Assembly: GCF_009914755.1 (NCBI RefSeq)
Contig: NC_060936.1
Source: the human T2T-CHM13v2.0 reference genome, Homo sapiens
Length of the DNA: 64,000 bases
Strand: one strand, 5' to 3'
Notes under the pieces: model-generated
What the model was told of the DNA's origin: nothing
Databases searched by the model: none
Seen by the model: only the letters and a program-made list of their open reading frames with translations
Program-made: the position numbers and the translations under genes
In this document: piece by piece, positions 20,601 through 42,157 of the stretch
Position numbering within the stretch: position 1 is the stretch's first letter
Layout of the letters: the number at the start of each line of letters is the position of its first letter

Positions 20601-21470
20601 AAACAACCCAATTGAAAGATGGGCTAGGGGCCTAAATAGACATTTCTCCTAAGAAGACATACAAATGGCCAACCGGTATATGATAAGATACCCAGCATCA
20701 GTAATCATCAGGTAAATGCCAGTCACTCCCCAATGAGATAGCACCCCACACTGGTTAGAATGGCTATTATCAAAATACAAAAGATAGTAAATGTTGGCAA
20801 GGATGTGGAGAAAAGGAACTTGTCCACTATTGGTGGGAATGTAAATTGGTACAGCCATTATGGAAAACAGTATGGAAGTTTCTGCTCAAAAAATTAAAAA
20901 TAAAGCTACCGCATGATCCAGCAATCCCACTTCCAGATATATATCCAAAAGAAAATTGCTATCCTGATGAGTTATCTGTGCTTCCATGTTCATTGCAGCA
21001 TTATTCACAGTAGCAAAGTTATGGAAACAAGTTATATGTCTATTGATGAATGGATAAAGAAAATGTGGGGGGTATGTGTGTGTATATGAATACTACTCAG
21101 TCTTAAAATGGAAATCCTGCCTTTTGCAACAACATGAGCGAACCTGGAGGACATTTTGCTAAGTGAAATAAGCAAGACAGAAAGACAAATGCTACATTAT
21201 CTCACTTATATGTGGAATCTAAAATAGTCGAGCTCATAGAAGCACAGAGTAGATTGGTGGTTGTCAGGGGCTGGAAAGTGGGAGAAACGGGAGATGTCGG
21301 TCATTGGTACAAAGTGTCAGTTATGCAGGATAGATAAATTCTGAAGACCCAATGTACAGCACGACTATATTGTATGTTACAAATTTGCTAAGAAGGTAGA
21401 TCTTGTTTGCGCACCACCTCCCCTCCAAAAAAAAGGTAACTGAGAGGTGCTGGATATGCTAAAAGAAAAA
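17648..21470 (+). mobile_element. Old sense-oriented L1MA/MB ORF2-3' UTR remnant
   Basis: Many short ORF2-like peptides ([30 protein letters not shown]), multiple frameshifts. Confidence 0.9.
19711..20005 (-). mobile_element. AluSx-like element inside the old L1
   Basis: Full dimer; TSD ccaaagtaat on both sides. Confidence 0.95.
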
Positions 21471-21489
21471 CAAAATGATATGTATATTT

Positions 21490-21645
21490 CAGTGTTCATA
21501 AATATTTATTAAAACAGCCACACTAATTTGTGTATTGTCTATGGCTGCTTTCATATTGCAACAGCAGAGCTGAGGAGTTGCAGCTGAGGCTGTATATGTA
21601 TACATAGTGTTTGACTCTTTACAGAAAAAGTTTACCGACTCCTGG
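21490..21645. mobile_element. MER58-like hAT fragment
   Basis: aaaacagccacac...gaaaaagtttaccgactcctg. Confidence 0.65.
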
Positions 21646-23558
21646 TATAGGTGATACTTACATCATTTTCAGCTTTGGAAGGGCAGTGTGATGGAAAATT
21701 TTCAAACTTTTTTTGAGTCTACCTTTTGATGTTTTTTGTCAATTTTTAAAAAATTCTGTAAAAATTCTGCATGTCATCTTTTTAGCAACTGATCCTGCCC
21801 CAGTCTAGTGCTCATCTTTCCTTTTGGGGCTCCAATTATATGTATGTTATACCTTTTCACTGTAACCCTTATGTCTGTAGTGGAAAAGTCACCTAAAATT
21901 TCACATTACTCTAAGTTTACTTCACTATTTTGTTCTCAGATACCTTCAAACATATTTTAAAAACAAACAAAAAACTTTTCTAGCTTTTCTAATCGTTCTC
22001 CGTTGGAGGTTTGGTACAAATTGCATAATCCACTATTAATGAAAACAGAGTCCATTTCCAAAAATTTAGTCAACTATTCTCTCCATAGTATGAATTACTT
22101 TTTCATTTAAAGTTAAAATGTTACTTATCTTGAAGGGTCAGATTAGCTGTGTTTATTATTTTTAAAACATTGCCAGATAGTTTTGTGTTGACAGCCACTT
22201 GTCCCAGAAAAATTCAGCAAATCTGAAACATTTGTTATTTTTAAAAGGAGAATATTTAACTCATTAAATTTGACAGCTCTTAAGGACTTTGCCAAGATAG
22301 CCAGAATAATAGTGCATGGAATATCTTCATGGTTAATATCATTTTGCTATAAATCATTGATAGTAAAGATTCTCCTATTTAAACTAGTATAAGCTGCAAA
22401 TTCACATTCATGGGCACACACAAACTGCAGTGTTACAATACTGTAAAAGCTAATGAACAAACGGGAAACAAACAGTCAAACTCTGATGTAAAGAACTTCC
22501 ACCTTTCCATTCTACCACTGTGCATTTTGACAGATCTAGTGAGGGTGCCATTGTCAAACTATTCATTAAATATCTTTGAAGCTCATTTCCTTCCTTCCTC
22601 TGATAAATTGTAAACTAAAGTTCTAAAATGTAAGTTCTTAAATCTCGGGGCACTATCTCAAGCACCCTATATATGCTTCCAGTCCATTCTTAATCCCTTA
22701 CAGGGATTATACTATACAAGGGCATAATCTTTTAAAAATAAAATGATCATGTCTTCCTTAAAAAAACTGTAAGGCTTCATATTGCATTTAGAATAAAACC
22801 CACAATTCTTATTCCGATGTTTTATTTGGTTAATACATATAATCAGAATGTAAGCTCCTTAAGAGCAGGGACTTTGTCCTTTCCCAGTACGTAATCAGCA
22901 TCTGGAGCAGTACCTCACAAGGAGATGACATGAGTAAATGTCTCATGAATAAACATTATATGAATAAAAAGGAATTAAATACCTAGAGTTTCATATTTGT
23001 GGTACTAGAAGATTAAAACTCTATTAAAGGGTAAACTGATTTGCCTTTTTAGGTTGCTCTTCACAAAATTGTCACATAATAAAATTTTGGGAATGTTTTT
23101 ATTGAAAGCTCTAAGGCTTCTTAGCTGTCATTACTATAAACTGCAACATTATTGGTGTGTTAATGTTTTTACTTGTCCCTCCTGTATGTCTTTGCTTTGA
23201 CTAATAAGAACATATATAGTGACCACATTATAAAAAGCTGACTGCAAAGGAGTTGGCTTTGACACATTGGTCATTGTTTGCCTTCGTCACATTCACAGTC
23301 CTTACGCAAGTATCTATCAGGATGATTGATCTCAACTTGGCTGCCTCAGTGGTAATAGGTCCTAAAAGAAGGCACCTATTCCTAATGTCTCATAGTTTGT
23401 CTCTGTTGTCAACTGCTGCTTCCATAGTTGACATTGAATACTTAACTTCAGGCTAACTTTTGGTAGTATATCTTTGCTTCAATTGTAAACATTTGGCAAG
23501 AACTTTTTGAAAACAAATGCTACTTTGTTTCTAAAATTTGAGATGTTAACTTTTTCAG

Positions 23559-23636
23559 GAAGCTCATAAAATGGTGAGAGAAGCAAATATCAAGCAGGCA
23601 ACAGCAGAAAAACAGCTAAAAGAAGCACAAGGAAAA
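23559..23636 (+). CDS. RAB3IP: RAB3IP coding exon ([26 protein letters not shown])
   Basis: tttttcag|GAA...AAA|gtgagt; 78 nt, phase 0/0; continues the Sec2 motif. Confidence 0.96.
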
Positions 23637-24262
23637 GTGAGTTTTTGCAGCTCTTAATAGTATAAAATAAATTTGTGATAACTGTTTTAAAGATACCTTA
23701 ACATCTGTTGGATTTTGTTCTGATCGTAAAGTAGTGCTTGTTTTCAATTTGGAAACTACAGAAAAATAGAAGAAAATAGCTACTATGTAGGTATAATTAA
23801 TAGTAAACATTTCGTGTCCATTTATATGAGAACCAAATGATTTAAAACCTTGTAAATCACATGAATTATCCAAAGGATTATAGAATCACATTTTAATGTT
23901 AATACTTAGTTTTTAAATTCACTGAGAAAAGCCACCTAAATGTTATTAGATTTTACTGTTTTAGGAGTGAACTTCTACAACTAATCATAAGCTATTATAT
24001 TTTGAGGATTTTGAAAATTCACATAAATGTTAGATATTTTGGTAATTTTCACAGGCTCATTTGACGTTGTTAATAATAGATGAATCCAAACCATATGGAA
24101 ACATCAAAAAACTTGATTTTAGTTTCTTTTTATTACTCCACAGGAAATACAAATTAAACTTACTTTTCATCTTTGAAAGTGTTTTGACCAGATTGCTAAT
24201 ATTTAGCTGCATATGTCATGAAACGTATTTAATGTATGTGACTATGTTGATTTCTTTCCAAG

Positions 24263-24466
24263 ATTGATGTACTTCAAGCTGAAGTAGCTGCATTGAAGAC
24301 ACTTGTATTGTCCAGTTCTCCAACATCACCTACGCAGGAGCCTTTGCCAGGTGGAAAGACACCTTTTAAAAAGGGGCATACAAGAAATAAAAGCACAAGC
24401 AGTGCTATGAGTGGCAGTCATCAGGACCTCAGTGTGATACAGCCAATTGTAAAAGACTGCAAAGAG
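24263..24466 (+). CDS. RAB3IP: RAB3IP coding exon (IDVLQAEV...HTRNKS...KDCKE), regulatory phospho-region
   Basis: ccaag|ATT...GAG|gtaact; 204 nt; HxRxxS NDR-kinase motif falls at S272 when counted back from a 460-aa isoform. Confidence 0.96.
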
Positions 24467-25118
24467 GTAACTCATCAAGGACTGTCCCCTCTGACTCTGT
24501 TGATACTTGTTAGTTCTCATCACTGAGGTGTCAGTTATCATTTTTGCCAGCAAAATTTTTAGTACAAAATAATGCAGTATTAAGATGGGGGAGGCTTTAT
24601 CTAGAGCTGGCTGCTTTCAGGGATTCTTCAGTTCCATTTTCTACCTGGCTGACCTTGGAGTACCTGCTGGAAACTTGGTAAGTTTCTTAATCTCAGTATT
24701 TCATTAAGGGAGGAAACTGTCATGTGTTGTCTAGAGGAGAGTGGGTGGCTTTAATGATCTGGCTAGTCAAAATTTATTGCTAGAGTGCGCTTACAAAGTA
24801 TGGATATAAGAAATATGTGAAAATAAGATGATTTTCTTAAAGATCAATACATTGCTTTTATTTAAATTCAGAGAGAATTTTATGTCAGCAAGGGAGTCCT
24901 AGAGTTAATTTAGATAATTAAGCAACAAAAAAATAGAAATAATGGTAGCCTTACAATGACATAAGGCTGGAAGACATTTTGCTAAGTGAAATTTCAAGTT
25001 ATAGTAGAACAATTAGTGTCATTTTTGATCCCAAATTAGGTTTCACAGTTCAGCCAGTCTGTTATTCAGACACTTACAACTATGTAAGGCCACCATTATC
25101 ATGTATCCATAACAATTA

Positions 25119-25446
<328 letters not shown>

Positions 25447-26642
25447 TTATTTTAAAAGATATGTTACAAAGATAACTGAAATAATATATAAATATTTTGA
25501 GCTGTTTAGAGTAAAAATTTTTAATCATTGTATACTGTGAGAATGCATTTCTAAGAGGATTGATCAATAATTTATGAAGCTTTCCCATTTCTTCTTAGAA
25601 GCCATCTTTTACATTGTTAAATTCAAGTCCATCATTAATCTTGAAGAAATGTGTGTGCTTGTTAAATTTTTGTATGGAAGCCAGGAGTTTATTAAATGGA
25701 ATAACCAATGTTAACCTGTTTTAATTGAATTGCATTTTGACGAATTATCAATAAAAATGATGCTGGTAAGAGAGAAGTTCAATACTTGGTTAAATCTGAA
25801 TGTAACCAAATCCAAAATTCACATTGGTTTCTGTTAAATATTTAAGAAACTTCTTTGTCCTAACTTTAATTCTAATTCTTTGGAATTTAAATAGCAATTT
25901 TAATTGCCTGGTACAACTTGTATTTTTGGTGTTTCTTACTCAGTATGTGTAAGTAATTATGTACTTTCCCCCCTATTTACACTAACAAAATTATAAGTGT
26001 CTTCTCATGGAACATGGTAAAGATTCATTTTTAGTTTTTGAAATCCCTTAAAATGTGCATAGGCAGCATATAACTTCAAAATAATAACCTTTGCTCTTCA
26101 GGTACGTGTTATAGTCTGATGTTTCATGAAAAACTTGTCAAAAAGTCTTACTAGGCAAAGGAATTACATAAATTTGACCTGTGTAAGTCTTAGAAAAATA
26201 TGTAACAATCTGGAAGAAAATTAAGCATGTCCGTGTTTTTGTAGAAAATATGATGGGGCACTCAGTTATGACATTAGCAACATGTCTTCTGTAAACATTT
26301 AAAATACACATGCATGCATGCAGACATACATGCCCAGTGCAAGGCTTTGGGATCAAGCCACTTAGATTTGAATTCGGACTTTACTGCTTTCTTGCTATGC
26401 AATCTCCGGCAAATTACAAATGGCAATCATAATATCTGTCTTGCACAGTTGTGAGGATTAAATGCTTGTAAAGTGCTTACGGTGGTTCCTGGCAGAGTCA
26501 GCTCTTAATAAATGGTTTAAATTACAGCCTTTAAACTAGAATCTTTCCTTAGAATACCACTTACCTGCTTTGGGGTTTATGTCCTTTTTCTTTTCTTTCT
26601 TTCTTTTTTTTTTTTTTTTTTTAATAAATTTGCATCTTTCTT

Positions 26643-27939
<1,297 letters not shown>

Positions 27940-29331
27940 TTAGGTCATTAGTGTGTGCTCATATAAATCAATATATGTTGGGAACAAATACATTTGAGAA
28001 GTTAATATTAAACAGACTGTTAAATTGGAGATGTGACATCTCTTATTAGAGCCAGGAGGTAAGTGAATTAGGAACAAAGATTAAAGAGTCTTATTTAGAA
28101 GATAAATGGAATTGAGGAAGTGTCCTTTTTCTCAGTAACTTTACAAAGAAAATGCATTTGAAAATGTAAGTATTGCTTATATGCTAATATTATTTATCCT
28201 GTTGCTTTTGCTTTGATTCAAGGAATTTATGAATTGGGCTGAAAAAAATATTCACATGGAGTTTGCCCTTATACACCTTAAAAGGAAGTCTGTAGGAAGG
28301 CTTGGCTACACTCAGCTCTATGTTACATTTTTGTAGACTACTTGCACATCTGATTGAGCTATCCTAGAGGCAGTCTGTAGCTGTAGTCAGTGCATCATTT
28401 ATGGTGTATCCAGTGCCTCTGGAGAAGAGCAGCTTAGAGCTGTAGGATGGGGGAGACTGCTCTAGTTTGGGTGGCTGATGTCAGTGCAACTTTGTATTCC
28501 AGCAGATGCTATTGAGCTGGACTGAGGGAATCTGAGAATCTGTAGGGAAGAATACTTGGGGAAAATTTATTAGGGAGGTGAGAAAGAGAGGGATAGCTGG
28601 AGGAGTGAATAGGAAGGCAGGTGCCAGCAGTGGATTATTATTGATGCCTAAGATGGTAGTTACTGGGTGCCAAAAATATGTCAAAAATATCTAAATAAAT
28701 GTTGTATTTTAAGGTAGTTTAGAAGGCTTTACGTATTCTTTTTTTTTAATCCTGTTGGTTATGCAATAACATTTTGACAATTCTTTTTGGAATGCCTTCA
28801 AGTTATAGTAGAACAATTAGTGTCATTTTTGATCCCAAACTAGGTTTCACAGTTCAGCCAGTCTCAGTTTATTCAGACACTATAATTAATTAGGTTCCAA
28901 ATTACCTTTTTATTGTTTTCAGAAAAGACTTGTCATCATTTATTATATTCTGAATAGTGTGCCACCTGTGTCTTAAGAGGAACTCCAGCATTTTTGGTGG
29001 GGATGGGAGAAGGAGCTCAGAGTGAGGATAATAGTAGTGTTATTGAACATGGTAGTGAATGATGCTTGGAAAAAGGCTAATTGGTTATTTGAGAGTCATT
29101 TTTTAAAAAGGAAAACTGCTACCAGGTATTATGCTACCAGGTATTATTTGAGAGTCATTTTTTAAAAAGGAAAACTGCTACCAGGTATTGAACCACCAAG
29201 AGTGGTTCAATTTATTATTTTAAATGAAGAGCTTTTTTTCAGTGATGTTTAAATTAGTTTTGGTTTTGTAAAGCGGTTTTTATGTTTATACGTTTTAAAA
29301 CATGTTTTTGTGTTTTCCTTTGGTTTGTTAG

Positions 29332-29460
29332 GCTGACTTATCCTTGTATAATGAATTCCGATTGTGGAAGGATGAGCCCACAATGGACAGGACGTGTCCT
29401 TTCTTAGACAAAATCTACCAGGAAGATATCTTTCCATGTTTAACATTCTCAAAAAGTGAG
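29332..29460 (+). CDS. RAB3IP: RAB3IP coding exon ([13 protein letters not shown]...PCLTFSKSE)
   Basis: ttag|GCT...GAG|gtaatt; 129 nt, phase 0/0. Confidence 0.95.
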
Positions 29461-30731
29461 GTAATTTTTTTTCATTTTAGTAGGAATTCATTATAGTTGT
29501 TTCTGTACTTCTTTTAAACTAAATCATATTACATATTTTAATATCTCTTACATAAATAAGTTATTATAAAATGTCATGTTTTGCTATTTTTGCCATTCCG
29601 TACTAGAATCATGATAATTTCTTGGCATTCAGTTACTGAACATCTTTTCTTATATGAGCAGAGGATCATTCACACTCAAATGTGTACTGCATTGGTGTCA
29701 GGTATTAAATAGGTATGGGGGATAGGACTTATTTCTTGATTTGCAGTCCAAGGTTCAGTGTAAGGGAAGTTCTCTACGCACTCTGTTAAAGGCATTTGTT
29801 GTGTCTATCTGTACATGATTTAAAAATCTAATTTTTTATCTTTAAAACAGGAAAAGTAATGCCTTCTTTGCCTGTGCCACAGGATTGTTAAAAGGATAAA
29901 ATGAAGTGGATTAAGTAGATGCAAAAACCTTAGAAAAATAAGGCAGTATAAAAATTTAAAGCTGTAATTTTAATTTGTTCTTACATGTGAAAGGTTTGTC
30001 TACAAATATCTGGTCAATTAAAGTATAAGAAATTTAATCCTAAGAGTTTTATGTTAAGTCTTTCAAGCATTTAATTATAATGTTGCTTACCAGGAGAAGT
30101 TAAGATGAACATTTTTCACACTTTTGGTATGAATATATCTTGTTCATTGTGGCTCTGTATCTGGTTTCAGGTAGGCCATTCAGTATTAGTAACCTTGCCA
30201 GACTAAAGAGGTTTTCCTGTTTCATCTGGTGTTAGTTGCTACCGTCTTCATCTGGGCATTTAATATTTGATAATTCAGCTAATTCTTTTGTAGACTCACT
30301 CTTGTGCACATAAATACAAATTCAGAAAATATGCAGCTAATTAATATATATTGCTGTGGTATAAATGACCAATGTTTAAAAATATTGTATATATTTAGCA
30401 GAATAAAGCTTTAGGATATTCATTTTGAAGTGGCATTAACTGTGGATATTAATCGTGGGTAAGGAGTGAACAGAGACTGGAATTGATGCCTTGAATCCTC
30501 GTCCAGATAATGAGGAAAGTTATTTTACCATAAGTGAATTGCCTTTCATAACAGTGTTTGGATTATAAAATAAATCAAACCAAAATTATCTGATTTCTTC
30601 CTTTTTCATTTGCTAAAGCCAAGCTAGTGGAACTTTGGAGAAGAATAATTTATAAAATTCGTTTACTGTAGAATACAATTTTGATATTTTTCTGCCAGTA
30701 TAGCATCTAGTACTTTTTCTTTTTTTTTAAG

Positions 30732-30844
30732 TTGGCTTCAGCTGTTCTGGAGGCTGTGGAAAACAATACTCTAAGCATTGAACCAGTGGGATTACAACCT
30801 ATCCGGTTTGTGAAAGCTTCTGCAGTTGAATGCGGAGGACCAAA
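30732..30844 (+). CDS. RAB3IP: RAB3IP coding exon ([18 protein letters not shown]...CGGP)
   Basis: polypyrimidine tract-aag|TTG...AA|gtaggt; 113 nt, phase 0/2. Confidence 0.95.
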
Positions 30845-31052
30845 GTAGGTTTTTACGTGCATGAACTGTGAAAGTGACTGAGTTTTTGAAATGTTATGGG
30901 TTGCAGTTATTTAGTTTTTCTGGTTTTAAATGTAGTTATATTTCCCTCAGATTTCTCTTAAGCGTCTGTGTAGCCTAGCCCAAAGACAAATTCCTGAGAC
31001 AGTGTGGAATATAGTATTTCAGATTTAGCATTAAAGGAGAGCCCTTTTAATT

Positions 31053-31132
31053 ATAGGTTGGTGCAAAAGTAATCGTGCTTGTTGCCATTGAAAGTAATGG
31101 CAACAAGCACAATTACTTTTGCACCAACCCAA
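31053..31132. mobile_element. MADE1 (Hsmar1 MITE), 80-bp palindrome
   Basis: aggttggtgcaaaagtaat...attacttttgcaccaacc, about 37-bp arms and 6-nt loop. Confidence 0.93.
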
Positions 31133-32609
31133 TACAGTAATATACATATATGATAGAGATCCAGGTAAACGAGAGATAGAAACCTGAGTTGTTTTTGTTT
31201 TTGTTTTTAACCTCATATTGTGACCTATTAGTGGATTGTGAAATCAGTTTAGTGGGTCATAAGTAGAATTTTTTTTATTACACGTATATGTATAGCCATG
31301 TGTCCTGGGTTTCTGTATAAAATACTTCTCTCTGAGGGTGACCATCAAAAATAGTTTGGGAAGGTACTGAGTTAGACTAAGTCTTATCGATCATGAAAAC
31401 TGTGTACCAAAAAGACTTGATGAGATCTCTCTTTTCATATTGTGTTTATAAAGGATTCTCACTTAAATAAATAATCAGTTTTGTCTTTCATATGTGAGTC
31501 TTACTTGAGAATTACAAATCTTCAGAGATAAGACTCCCACATTTCATAGCAGGGCAGACTTGTTTTCCATCCAGTCCTATAAGGAGGAATGACTGAAACC
31601 AACAGTGCTTAAAACATCTAGCAAAGACGAAAGGTTTTGCCTAAAACCGTGGCATAATTGTGTCTTGGCTTCTGTTTAAAAAATGACTTGGAAAGCTTTT
31701 GAGAAAGATGCTTATTAAGTGCTTAGAGCCAGATCAATATAGGGGACTGGAAAGACTGAGAGAGCTCATAGAAAGCATAACTGACTGCTGTCAGGGTTAT
31801 TTTGAAGCCAGAAGAGGAAAAGACTGGTTGAGATGAACTAATAGGTCTGTGTTAAAGCTGTTGTAGGAATTGTGTGCTTGTTTCTATTCCCTGTTACGCA
31901 CGTTACGGTCTCAGCAAGATTACAGAATGTTGTTGTTTAGGTGACCATTTGTTGGAGGGTTCCTAGTCATATGTTTGCTCTGTGAGCCACACGTCCACCT
32001 CGCTCCCTCAAGCCACACGTGTAGCACGGTGGCCTCTGAATTTTAGGGAAAGAATTTACATTCTTAAATTCTACAAATACCCAAGTATTTTTGTTCTGAT
32101 CCTTCCACCCCAAATATGGAGAGTTAAATTTAATCATAGCAGTTTTCTTATTTTTAAGGTCTGTGTCATGCCTCATTTTAAATATAGCATATAACTGTTT
32201 TTATTGTAGAATTTAAAATTTGTGCTTGCATTATATATCACATATATATGTGCAGATATCATCAAATGATAACAAATGGGGATATCAAATTAAAGTGGAT
32301 TTATAGTATCTTTAGTAAAATAATTATAGTTTAGATTTAGAGAACAGTTTACAAAGTTTAAGGATATTGTGCTTGTGGGAATGGGGCCAGAAACCAAGGT
32401 GATGCATATCGTGGAAAAAACTAAAGGAAGATACTGTCTTCCTTTATGAAATGTGAAGTGTGGCTCTGGCCGTGGTTCTTGTGAGCTAGAGTGTGAAGAT
32501 AATGACTAAGTGAGTGGCACAGCACTGTAGGAATTTTGAGGAAGACAAGATCATTCAAACTATGATTAGGTACTCTTCTTGAAGGAAGAGAGATTTGGTT
32601 TAAGTTTTT

Positions 32610-39646
<7,037 letters not shown>

Positions 39647-40149
39647 AGAAATAAAAACTGGTTTAGGTTTTTGAAGCATAAGGGTAATTTGGATAAAGAG
39701 CAATACATAACAACTGAAGGCCTAGAAACAAATCAAAGTGCGTTCAAAGGATGGTCAGTGTATGGAGAGGAAAGGGAAGATGTGACATTTTAAGAAAGAA
39801 AAGTTAGATTGGGGTGGGGGGATGGGTAAAGGAGAAAGGAGTTAGAGATATCTGACTGGAAGACTGATTTGAAGTGATTGTGGAAATTAATGGAAAAGGC
39901 TTTGATTTGTGGAAGAGGATTACGGTCTAGATTTAGACATATTGACATCCTCACATGAAAATGGGAAACAAGGATTTGAAATCTTGTGACTAGAGTTATA
40001 GAGATGTATTAATGTAGTGTAGCATGTTTGGGAAAAAAATGGAGTTGGAGGTCAGAGGTCTGTTTGCATTGAATCCTGGCTTAACTAAAAATACATTAGG
40101 TGTGTCCAGTTTACAAAATAGCTTAGAAATGAGATCTTTTAAGAAACGC

Positions 40150-40532
40150 TATACACCATGGAATACTATACAGCCATAAAAAAGAATGAGATCATGTCCT
40201 TTGCAGGGACATGGCTGGAGCTGGAGGCCGTTATCCTTAGCAACCTAATGTAGGAGCAGAAAACCACATGCTGCCTGTTCTCCCTTATAAGTGGGAGCTA
40301 AATGATGAGAACACATGGACACATAGAAGGGAACAACACACACTGCCGCTTGTGGAAGGGTGGAGGATGGGAAGAGGGAGAAGATCAGGAAGAATAATGG
40401 ATACTTATTCTTCCTGAATCACCCAGGGTGATGAAATAATATATACAACAAACCCGCATGACACATGTTTACCTATGTAATAAACCTGCACACCCTGCAG
40501 TTGTACTCCTGAACTTACAAGTTAAAAAAAAG
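40150..40532 (+). mobile_element. L1PA/PB 3' end fragment
   Basis: tacaccatggaatactat...A-rich tail. Confidence 0.85.
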
Positions 40533-41901
40533 AAACACTTATTATTTTAAAAGTTGATACTTAAAGCCACCTTACCAGATCCCTTTCAAAATTAGGCTAA
40601 ACAGTAGACCAGCAGGCATATGTCTGTTTCCAGAAGAATAGTGTATAAATTGGTTTTTAGCAGCTTAATGGCACATTTTCCTCTTATGCAAATTATACTT
40701 TTGGAAGTTCCACAGACTTCCAACACTTTGTGCTTTAAATTTCTGTATCTTCTATCCTCCCCAAGCTAGTAGTTAGTGCTTTTAAATATTGTTACAGATC
40801 ATTAAAGGAATTTGCTAATAAAGAAACAATGAAGAAATATCTATTTGAAAAAAGACAGGAATTGATTTGTGATTTGAATTGCCCCCTCCTCAAAAATTAT
40901 CCTGTTTCAAATACACATTGTTGTGTGTTTTCTTAATACAAAGGCACTTTTGTATTATATTTCTTGTATCGCTAAAATGTAATGTTATTTAATATATTTA
41001 CTATATAATTTATACTGTCATATAAAATGCTGTTTGCCACTTACTTAGAGCTATGCTAATTTTGCATTGATGGGGAGTGATAGTTGTATTGAGCCAGGTT
41101 CCTAGCTTAGGGTGACAGCTGGGCTGCTGCAAGTCCGGCCTGATAGACATGCTAGCTTTATCTCATGGAGCCATAGGGTAACAGATGGCTCATTACTTAT
41201 TCAGCAGTCATTGAATGTGTGCTGTGTGCCAGGCATTTAAAGATGAATCAAAGTCCCTGCCCTCAAGAGGTTGATAGCCTAATCCCAGCCAGAAAGCCCT
41301 CATATAAAATTTTAGCTTTTGTCATATGCAAATAGAAAGGATCATGTGAAATTCAGTGAACTTGTTACATGATTGTTAAGATTCAGTATTTTTATAAGGT
41401 GGCTTATTCCTTTGTACTTCTCCCTAGGTCCCACATTAAATGCATATAGAGCAACCAACCAACCAAATAAACAAATACCCCATCTGGAAACTATTACCCT
41501 GCAAGCTATCAATAACATGCTTTGAGACTTGAACAGTCATCATGAGGATATTTTCAGCTGAGAAGCTGAAATCCTGATGGAAAGCTGAGAGCTGTCCTGC
41601 AGCTGATTACTGATTTGTAAATTTGTTCCAAGATGGGACATACATGGAAAACACCTAGTTTCTGTTTCTAGAATCATGGTTAATGTTATGGCATTAAACT
41701 TATACTACTAATAGAATGTAAGTCTCACAAGGGCAGAGACTTTGTCCTTTTCATCACTTTAGCCCAGCATCTAGAACGGTGCCTGGTACACAGTAGGTTC
41801 TCAAATATTTGTTATCTAACTGAATGAATAGGCAACTTGTACAGAAGGTAGGGGCAAATGCTTTTCATTTCAAAAAACTGAAATTTATCATTATTTCACA
41901 G

Positions 41902-42001
41902 AAAATGTGCTCTCACTGGCCAGAGTAAGTCCTGTAAACACAGAATTAAATTAGGGGACTCAAGCAACTATTATTATATTTCTCCTTTTTGCAGATACAG
42001 G
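41902..42001 (+). CDS. RAB3IP: RAB3IP coding exon ([18 protein letters not shown]...CRYR)
   Basis: cacag|A...AGG|gtaagt; 100 nt, phase 2/0, matches the preceding exon. Confidence 0.95.
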
Positions 42002-42087
42002 GTAAGTGACTTAACCATGAATTTTAATAAAGCTTGCTTTGATATGGGACATTTGACCATTCATGACATTTTCTCCATTTGGCCTAG

Positions 42088-42157
42088 ATCACTTCTGTAT
42101 GTAACTTTTTTACATACATTCGATACATTCAGCAGGGACTCGTGAAACAGCAGGATG
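42088..42157 (+). CDS. RAB3IP: RAB3IP penultimate coding exon ([23 protein letters not shown])
   Basis: cctag|ATC...G|gtgagt; 70 nt, phase 0/1; follows an 86-nt intron. Confidence 0.95.

Noticed and set aside
31984-32035. GC-richer patch with repeated agccacacgt and a CACGTG E-box
   Set aside because: Short motifs alone do not support an enhancer call without chromatin data
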